Virus record (IMG/VR): IMGVR_UViG_3300017917_001342
Span: 310,001 to 374,000 of that record
DNA: 64,000 nt
Direction: 5' to 3' (one strand)
The position numbers and the translations under genes were made by a program. A model generated the notes under the pieces. It saw only the letters and a list, made by a program, of their open reading frames with translations, made no database searches and was not told the origin of the DNA. The first letter of the stretch is position 1. Each line of letters starts with the position of its first letter. Below, one piece after another: positions 8,647 through 15,673 of the stretch.

Positions 8647-10185
8647 TTATGTTGTCCAATATGTTGTTATAAAACTCATCATACCGTTTGTTGATCCGGT
8701 ACTAGTGTATCGTATCACTATGTTGTTTCCAGAAACTATTGCTCCAAAAACCACTGATTCACTAGTATTCAGCTCATTGCTGGTATCAGTTAACTGTACT
8801 GTCACAGTATCGGAAATAATAGATAACCTTCCATTTTTTCTATATGATCCCAATGAAAGAGAATAATCTACCCAAGCTGTTAACATGTTGGTTGCTGTTA
8901 GCAAACTAAATGTTATACCTGTAGAAGCATTGGTTTGTCCAGGTAATATAGTCGCAGTATCAGGAGTAGGATTAGTGTTGGTAAATTCTATTAATTGTGC
9001 ATCAAATATTACATTTGTTGAAGGTGATCCATTGTACACATATAGTGATGGGTTTATTTGATCAAATACATCACCTATACTAGAACAACTTGATGTAGCG
9101 TTACTCCAATATATAGCATAGCGATTATATTCGTTGCCAACATCAACGTAGTTGTTGTTGCTACTGGTAATACCTTCTCCAGTAGTTGTGGCATATAAAC
9201 CATATGAATCTATGGCACGGAATATGCTGTTGCTAATCTTTACATAGCTCGGACCAGAATCAGCACCTTCTATCAATCCAATACCAGTGTAGCATGTTAC
9301 AAACGAAGAATTGGTTACATTTACAAAACGTATAGGATCTTCCGAATACAATCCAAACGCAACATTGTTAACAACAATGTTGTTAAAATTAAGATATTCA
9401 GTTGAAGTAGCAGTACCTATGCTCTCTACAGTAATACCGTTTCCGGTACTATTAAATGCATCGCCCGGTTGCCATGCGCCTATTAACTTACAATTGTCCA
9501 TGTTGGTATTAGTACATCTCTGTAGCAATACCATTGTGTTCGGCGGATCTATACTGCTATCAAATGTAAAACCGCTAACAGTAATGTGTGTTGGTAAAAT
9601 ACCGCCATTTGTGCCAATATTTGCACCAGTCTGTCCTAAACTGTCAGCAGTGCGCAATACCGGACCAACATAACCTGCTTGCAACGTTATGATAGATCTA
9701 TCAATGCCATCTCCCATGAGAGTGATGTATGGATACAATTTGATTGTCGCAGTGATAAGATAATTACCTGCTGGGAAATAAATTGGATTTCTGCTTTGTG
9801 CATACGCTGCGGGATTTGCTGAAATACGTGCCCACTCATCAGCTATAGCTGCTTGAATTGCATCTGTATCATCTGTTATACCATCGCCTACTGCACCGTA
9901 ATCTTTCACGCACAGTGTATCATCGAGTATACTGCCAAGTGTGCGTATAGTAGGACCAGTTAATGCACTTACACCAGTATCGCCAACATAGGTGTGTTTA
10001 ATAATTTGGTCGTTTGGGCTCCATTGGGTAAGTACCTGACTGTTGCCAGTGTAGGTATTACCGTTACCAATGAATAGTTCTCTAGTGTCTAAACACCAGC
10101 CAAATTCTGCTTCGTTTAAGCTAGCAGGTAAATCAGCACGTAAACCTCTACGTTGCTGAATTCTACTGATTGATATGATAGCCAT
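8647..10185 (-). CDS. tailspike/tail fibre with an Mtd_N-like N-terminal domain and a pectate-lyase-like beta-helix
   Basis: RIQQRRG...EFGWCLDTRELFIGNG; VKDYGAVGDGITDDTDAIQAAI...IYFPAGNYLIT; late-promoter-like AATAAATA near 10212-10219. Confidence 0.8.
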   Translation of the reverse strand: MAIISISRIQQRRGLRADLPASLNEAEFGWCLDTRELFIGNGNTYTGNSQVLTQWSPNDQIIKHTYVGDTGVSALTGPTIRTLGSILDDTLCVKDYGAVGDGITDDTDAIQAAIADEWARISANPAAYAQSRNPIYFPAGNYLITATIKLYPYITLMGDGIDRSIITLQAGYVGPVLRTADSLGQTGANIGTNGGILPTHITVSGFTFDSSIDPPNTMVLLQRCTNTNMDNCKLIGAWQPGDAFNSTGNGITVESIGTATSTEYLNFNNIVVNNVAFGLYSEDPIRFVNVTNSSFVTCYTGIGLIEGADSGPSYVKISNSIFRAIDSYGLYATTTGEGITSSNNNYVDVGNEYNRYAIYWSNATSSCSSIGDVFDQINPSLYVYNGSPSTNVIFDAQLIEFTNTNPTPDTATILPGQTNASTGITFSLLTATNMLTAWVDYSLSLGSYRKNGRLSIISDTVTVQLTDTSNELNTSESVVFGAIVSGNNIVIRYTSTGSTNGMMSFITTYWTT

Positions 10186-10245
10186 GAATAACTCTTCTCC
10201 GGACGGTGAGATATTTATTCAAGCTAAGGTGTTTAAAATGCGCAG

Positions 10246-10926
10246 TTAAAATACAAACTTTTCGTAATAATCAGCTACTCGCTGACTCCATAACATAGTG
10301 CTTTCTTCAAATTCATGTCCACTCCAAACAAACTGTTGGAACTCGCATTCCCTACTGCACATTAAAACCACTGTGGTCTTGATGTTAGTGCCGTAGATAA
10401 GATTGTGCGACATCGCATATGCTGCTAACTGCATACGATAGTCTTCAACCCATTCGCGTTTTTTAGGTTTGATTGTAGTTTTGAAGTCGATGATTGCAGG
10501 TTGACCTTGCCATGTGCCAACTAAGTCTGTTGTACCTGCCCATAGGTTATGATAGTGCAGGTGTGCTTCAACACCCCACACTTCATCTACATGTACAAGC
10601 CCTTCTGAAATGATAGTGTCAGCCATTTTCTTAGCCATCACTCTACCGTAGTTAGTACCACCCGGTCGTTCTTGACCTAACACATAGGCTTCCAGGTGAG
10701 CGTGCATTGTAGTACCAAGTCCGGCACTTTCCTCGGTAATACGCTTGGCGTTGTCCTCGCCTATGCGTTTCTTCCAAGCGTCTAAATGACTCTTGTCTTT
10801 TGTTGCACCAAGTATAGTTGTGACGCTAGGCATTTTGTTGCCTTGCTCGTCTACATAAACACGGCCTTGTGCACCGCCGTCTTGACGGTTTAGTTGTTTA
10901 TAAGTGTATATTGGATTGTATTGCAT
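10246..10926 (-). CDS. PD-(D/E)XK exonuclease (YqaJ/MGME1/Cas4-like fold)
   Basis: PSVTTIL, GTTMH, AGTTDLVG...IIDFKT, QLAAYA. Confidence 0.85.
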   Translation of the reverse strand: MQYNPIYTYKQLNRQDGGAQGRVYVDEQGNKMPSVTTILGATKDKSHLDAWKKRIGEDNAKRITEESAGLGTTMHAHLEAYVLGQERPGGTNYGRVMAKKMADTIISEGLVHVDEVWGVEAHLHYHNLWAGTTDLVGTWQGQPAIIDFKTTIKPKKREWVEDYRMQLAAYAMSHNLIYGTNIKTTVVLMCSRECEFQQFVWSGHEFEESTMLWSQRVADYYEKFVF

Positions 10927-10931
10927 GTAAC

Positions 10932-10960
10932 ATTATGTCAATGCAACAGTTAAATGTCTA
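10932..10960 (-). promoter_or_regulatory. sigma70-like promoter of the exonuclease gene
   Basis: TAGACA-N17-CATAAT, flanked by an inverted repeat GCATGTA...TACATGC. Confidence 0.5.
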
Positions 10961-10966
10961 CATGCA

Positions 10967-11329
10967 TCAATACATATCTTGATTTTTAGCACGTTTAACA
11001 AAACTTTGTTGTTTTTTAGGTGATGCCGGATTTCCAGTACCTAGTGCATCGTGAGTGAAAAATCCCAACAGATTAACTACCGCAGGATTTGACCCAGACA
11101 AATAGTAAATCAAACTAATGTCATGTGTCATATGAGCGTGTAACAGTTTTGGTTTATGATTGCCAAGTGGTCCATTACCTCTAAATGGCCCATCTGTGCT
11201 ACCAAATGGCTGCATATGATTTTGCATTTTTGTTTGTTTGAATTTTTCAAAATTGTCGTAAACTGCCAGACCATGTTGTAACAGGGTTTCGTCAAACAAT
11301 GCACACTGTTTAAAAACTACTTTTGACAT
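10967..11329 (-). CDS. RelE/YafQ-like mRNA interferase (toxin-like)
   Basis: LLHAHMTHDISLIYY...LLGFFTHDAL parallels YafQ DAHVEPDWILIY...RTGTHAAL. The start is probably MSKVV at 11329 rather than 11359. Confidence 0.55.
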   Translation of the reverse strand: MSKVVFKQCALFDETLLQHGLAVYDNFEKFKQTKMQNHMQPFGSTDGPFRGNGPLGNHKPKLLHAHMTHDISLIYYLSGSNPAVVNLLGFFTHDALGTGNPASPKKQQSFVKRAKNQDMY

Positions 11330-11330
11330 A

Positions 11331-11513
11331 TTATTCGATACCCAACAGTTTGCGAACATGTGCGGAAAGTTCGTCGCCGGTCATGGCAGGTCCAAAATCA
11401 GATTCTTTTACAGACAAAATACGATCAACATCTGCATCAGAAAAAGTTGGATCAATGTTAGACGTATCCAGGTACTCGTCCAGTTTGTTAGCTTTGAGAT
11501 CTTTGATACGCAT
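11331..11513 (-). CDS. small acidic protein, candidate antitoxin partner
   Basis: 60 aa, D/E-rich, stop 1 nt upstream of the toxin-like start. Confidence 0.5.
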   Translation of the reverse strand: MRIKDLKANKLDEYLDTSNIDPTFSDADVDRILSVKESDFGPAMTGDELSAHVRKLLGIE

Positions 11514-11567
11514 GATATCCTCGCTTTGCAGTAGTTACGTGTTACTTAGCTTATATTCTATTTGTTG

Positions 11568-11816
11568 TCAACCAGATAACATATCCGGATGGTGCATTTT
11601 TGTCATTAAATCTGCTAGAATTTCTGCACGGCTTGCAGATGCGGCTTGCATATCTAGTTTTCTAATATTAAGCAATCCCCTAATAACATCTGGCTTTTCA
11701 GGCAGTGCTGTTATTTCATCTTCAGTCATAGTCTTACAGCGAGCAACTAATTCTTGCACATGTGGTTTTTTACTTTTGAGTAGAAATGCTTCAGGGCCAT
11801 GTAATGCACTACGCAT
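11568..11816 (-). CDS. hypothetical protein
   Basis: 82-aa ORF co-oriented in the operon. Confidence 0.55.
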   Translation of the reverse strand: MRSALHGPEAFLLKSKKPHVQELVARCKTMTEDEITALPEKPDVIRGLLNIRKLDMQAASASRAEILADLMTKMHHPDMLSG

Positions 11817-11820
11817 TGTA

Positions 11821-12003
11821 TCACCTATGTCTATTAGGCATGTGTCTATCTAACATGCCACGTAGCTGTTCAAAATTTATACCAACAAGGTCTTGTATTT
11901 GTTGATAACTTAGACCTTGCTTATATGCACGTTTTACTTTTCTAATAAGTTCTTTATCATTTGGCTTGATGTAAGCTTCTGTGGTAAATTCCTGTGCTCG
12001 CAT
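11821..12003 (-). CDS. small HTH protein
   Basis: AYKQGLSYQQIQDLVGINFEQLRGML; MRAQEFTTE leader. Confidence 0.6.
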   Translation of the reverse strand: MRAQEFTTEAYIKPNDKELIRKVKRAYKQGLSYQQIQDLVGINFEQLRGMLDRHMPNRHR

Positions 12004-12005
12004 TG

Positions 12006-12836
12006 TTACTCACCATATTTTGGCCAATTAACGCCGCTTCTTTCCCTACTACTAGGCCCTCTAAGACGTTGGTTATCACCTATGCCGCCGCGAGTCTTAG
12101 TTGTTGTTACAGCAACAGACGGTTTAGATTGTTTGTTAATTAAATGGTCTGTTCGTATTTCTATCCAATTTGGTAATCTTCTAAGGTGGTAATCAACTGT
12201 AGAGTTTTGTACATTTAAACCTAGCATCTTAGGAATACTGCTTGAACTATATCCTTTACTATATAAATCTGCCATTTGTTGCACTTGCTCAGGTGTTGTG
12301 CCTACTGTTAAACCCTGCTGCCCATATCGTTGTTTTTTTATTTCGTTATATTTGTCAACACCAATTAATTTATATAAAAGTTTAGGCACAGTGCTAATAT
12401 CTATGCCAAATTGGTCAGCAATATCAGTTGCAGATGCACCATTTAAAAACAAATCTGTAATCTGTTTTTTATCCTCGTCGGTTAATGCGTTACCTGCCAT
12501 TAACGTTTTATGTTGACGCTCGGGGTATTTAAGTTCTAATATTCTATTGACTTTTTTAAGAGGTATGCCAAGATCTTTAGAAATTGCAGTAGGACCTTTA
12601 CCTTCATCCCACAACATTTTTACTAGCTCAATAGTATCGTCATCTATAGGCTGTTGTAATCTTACTCTGTCTGTATAATGTCGTTTTATTATATGTCGAA
12701 CTTGGCTTACACTTAATCCAAGTTCATCTGCAATTGTACTAGAGCTTTTACCACTGTCTCTTTTAGATTTTATTAGATCAATTGTTTGTTGATCATACTT
12801 TTTAGATGTTTCGACTATAAACTCACTAGCTCTCAT
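12006..12836 (-). CDS. multi-HTH DNA-binding protein (four tandem HTH units)
   Basis: Four repeats of G.S...IA..LG....V; MRASEFIVE leader. Confidence 0.75.
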   Translation of the reverse strand: MRASEFIVETSKKYDQQTIDLIKSKRDSGKSSSTIADELGLSVSQVRHIIKRHYTDRVRLQQPIDDDTIELVKMLWDEGKGPTAISKDLGIPLKKVNRILELKYPERQHKTLMAGNALTDEDKKQITDLFLNGASATDIADQFGIDISTVPKLLYKLIGVDKYNEIKKQRYGQQGLTVGTTPEQVQQMADLYSKGYSSSSIPKMLGLNVQNSTVDYHLRRLPNWIEIRTDHLINKQSKPSVAVTTTKTRGGIGDNQRLRGPSSRERSGVNWPKYGE

Positions 12837-12840
12837 TGCA

Positions 12841-15330
12841 TCACCACTTGATATTCCACTGCAATGTATTGCCAGTGATTGGATTAGTTTGACGGTTTAT
12901 TGTGTAGCCCAAGTTAGTAAAGTACGCAATAACAGTGTCCATGCGTTCTGCATACGGGCGAGTTAGATTGGGATCACTAGGTGTTTGATTTTGCCATACT
13001 GCCCAATAATCTCTACTTGCAGGATATGGTTGTATACTCATAGTACCTGTACCATAGCCGATAGTTGCAGTTGCAGTTGCAGTATTACCTGTTAAATTAC
13101 TAGGCGCACTAATGGTAACTGCGGGCGCAGAATCATAACCGTCGCCGCTATTTGTGATAACAACTGTGTCTATACTAAAGCCTCTGATTACACTAGTCGT
13201 AGGCTGTATTGGCGAAACTGTTTCGCCTGCACCTGGTATTATGTTTACCTGTGGGTCACTGGTATAATTCTGCCCACCGTTTGTAACTACAATCTGCTCA
13301 ATACCTGTACTGTACAAACTGACATTCGCTGTTGCCGCACCGCCAATTGACACAGTTGGTACACTGGTATAGTTTTCGCCGTAATTAGTAAGTGATAGAT
13401 AATCAACTGTTGTAGGTCTCAATTGTGCAGATGCAACAGCACCGGACCCGTCGCCGTCAATGATAACTGTTGGTGCTAAGATATAACCACTACCTTCATT
13501 TACAACATCTATACTGACAATTTCACCGCCAACTATGTTAGGTGTTGCATAGGCATTTACACCGTGATTGGTAACAAAGGTTACAGTAGCAGTTGTGTAT
13601 CCAGAACCTGTGTTGCTAACATTAACATATTGTACACTAGTTGCTGACAATGTAGCAGTTGCAGTTGCTCCGCTACCGCTGGTAATTGTCACAGTTGGTA
13701 CAGCAGTGTATCCAGTACCAGGAGCAGTAACTACTACATTACTAACAGAACCGCTTGATAATAACGAATATGCACTGGCACCGTAACCAGTTAGATCGTT
13801 AGATGTAATTACTACAGTCGGGGGTGCAGTATATCCACTACCACCGTTTGACAACACAACACTACCAATACCAGCAGTTAGGTTAAAACTTGCTGCTTGA
13901 CCTGTGCCGCCGTATACAGCATTGTATGTCATTACAGGCAATACATTGTACGAACCACTGGTTTGTAGTGTGTACAGTACAATCTGTCCTTGTAGGCCAA
14001 CTTCGTCTACTCGTATAGTTGCAGTACTGGTACCAGACCCACCTGCAACTATCAGTACATCGCCGACACTGTATTGACTGCCTGCACCGCCTGTTACCAG
14101 ATTAGCACCGATGATATTCATATAAACCGCAGATACCGCAGCACCGCCGCCGGCAGCATTTATACTAACACCGGGCGGGCTTATGTAAGTTGCACCACCA
14201 TTGTTTAGCAATGTAATGTTACCAACTCCTGTTGGCACCAAGTAGGGCGTTGCTGTTGCACTGCTTCCGCTAGTGATCGTCACTGTTGGTGCCGATGTAT
14301 AGTTAGATCCTGGATTAGTAACTACAATACTTGTTACTGTACCGGCTGTTAAAACTGCTGTTGCAGTTGCACCAGTACCTCCACCTGACAATAAAACTCT
14401 AGGAGGTGCAGTATATTGACCCCCACTGTTACTAACTGCAATTGCAGATATACCCATTGTTAGATTAAGGGTACAGCCAGTGCCGCCTCCAGGTGCTACT
14501 GATGTAGACACAGCTATAAGTGTAGGAAGAGTGGTATAATTGCCGTAATTGAATAGACTTACAGTAACAACTTCTCCGTTACTGCCAATTGAAGTTACAA
14601 CTGCTGTGGTTGCCGAACCAACACCGCCAACTACACTTAAAACGTCCCCAATGTTATAATATTGTCCGCCTGCATTAACCTGTACAGAAACTGCTCTAAA
14701 TGACACAGTGCCTGCTACTGCACCGCTACCTTGTGCTACGATAGACACACTTGGTACATAGTGATATCCAGTACCCTGGTAGCCGACTGTGATATATGAA
14801 ATGTTACCGTAAGGTGCAAGGTATGCCATTGCAGTTGCTTCAACTGTTGCATTACCGCCTGTAAATGTAACAGTTGGTGTTGCAGTGTATCCACTACCGT
14901 TATTGGTAACTGTTATACTGTTAACACCCGATACTAAATCAATACTAATGGGACGTTTTGCAAGAGCATCTTGTTTAGTTGCAGCTAACTTAACAGTATC
15001 AACGTCAACATATATTATATAATAGATGACACCAGTAGTTAATGGACTTGGTAATTGTCCAGTACTACTAACAAACACTTCGTCGCCTGTGTTGTATCCA
15101 TGACCGGCAACTGTAAAAGTATTTGCCGTGTCATCAATAGTATAAACAGGTGTAGTAATAGCCGAACTCTGAGTCATAGGTGACCCATTGTTTACCAGTG
15201 CATTATAGTATCCTATACGCACTGCATCTAGTATTGCACTACTGATTGCAGTACCCTCATCAAATACTACACGTTCACGTATTGGATTCTGACGGGCTTC
15301 TGCCGCAGTAATGAAAATACTATTAGCCAT
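12841..15330 (-). CDS. virion structural protein with many G-S-G-Y-T-x-x-P-T-V beta repeats
   Basis: Recurrent NGGSGYTAPPTVVI-type units, Gly/Thr/Val rich. Confidence 0.75.
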   Translation of the reverse strand: MANSIFITAAEARQNPIRERVVFDEGTAISSAILDAVRIGYYNALVNNGSPMTQSSAITTPVYTIDDTANTFTVAGHGYNTGDEVFVSSTGQLPSPLTTGVIYYIIYVDVDTVKLAATKQDALAKRPISIDLVSGVNSITVTNNGSGYTATPTVTFTGGNATVEATAMAYLAPYGNISYITVGYQGTGYHYVPSVSIVAQGSGAVAGTVSFRAVSVQVNAGGQYYNIGDVLSVVGGVGSATTAVVTSIGSNGEVVTVSLFNYGNYTTLPTLIAVSTSVAPGGGTGCTLNLTMGISAIAVSNSGGQYTAPPRVLLSGGGTGATATAVLTAGTVTSIVVTNPGSNYTSAPTVTITSGSSATATPYLVPTGVGNITLLNNGGATYISPPGVSINAAGGGAAVSAVYMNIIGANLVTGGAGSQYSVGDVLIVAGGSGTSTATIRVDEVGLQGQIVLYTLQTSGSYNVLPVMTYNAVYGGTGQAASFNLTAGIGSVVLSNGGSGYTAPPTVVITSNDLTGYGASAYSLLSSGSVSNVVVTAPGTGYTAVPTVTITSGSGATATATLSATSVQYVNVSNTGSGYTTATVTFVTNHGVNAYATPNIVGGEIVSIDVVNEGSGYILAPTVIIDGDGSGAVASAQLRPTTVDYLSLTNYGENYTSVPTVSIGGAATANVSLYSTGIEQIVVTNGGQNYTSDPQVNIIPGAGETVSPIQPTTSVIRGFSIDTVVITNSGDGYDSAPAVTISAPSNLTGNTATATATIGYGTGTMSIQPYPASRDYWAVWQNQTPSDPNLTRPYAERMDTVIAYFTNLGYTINRQTNPITGNTLQWNIKW

Positions 15331-15661
15331 TCTTTATACTCTTTTTCGCTGCGCTACTTGCCATTTGGGCAACTTTGTCTTGACTGAACATTGCTTCTTC
15401 ATCAGATGCAGTTTCAGGCGTTTCTTCTGGTTGTAATATCACTTCATCTTTAGCAATACGTTGTATACCAGCTTTGTCTTTAAGTGCATCCATGACCCAA
15501 CGCTTGTCTGCATCAAATCCTTGATTATGTAATACACTTAAAATTTCATCCATTGGAATACTAGCGGCGTTTTTACTTTTATACACCGTCACAAGATCTA
15601 ATATAGCATTTTTTGCCTCTTCTGGTGTACTAGGTAAACTAACTATTTCTTTATAACGCAT
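15323..15661 (-). CDS. hypothetical protein
   Basis: 112-aa ORF overlapping the next gene by 8 nt. Confidence 0.65.
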   Translation of the reverse strand: MRYKEIVSLPSTPEEAKNAILDLVTVYKSKNAASIPMDEILSVLHNQGFDADKRWVMDALKDKAGIQRIAKDEVILQPEETPETASDEEAMFSQDKVAQMASSAAKKSIKNG

Positions 15662-15673
15662 TGCAGCATCCTA

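Noticed and set aside
8647-10185. Diversity-generating retroelement suggested by the Mtd-like N-terminus
   Set aside because: No reverse transcriptase or template/variable repeat pair is visible in the window.
10246-10926. Cas4/CRISPR association
   Set aside because: No repeat-spacer array or other cas genes; a generic phage PD-(D/E)XK exonuclease explains it.
12006-12836. Homing endonuclease
   Set aside because: Only HTH repeats are present; no HNH, GIY-YIG or LAGLIDADG motif.
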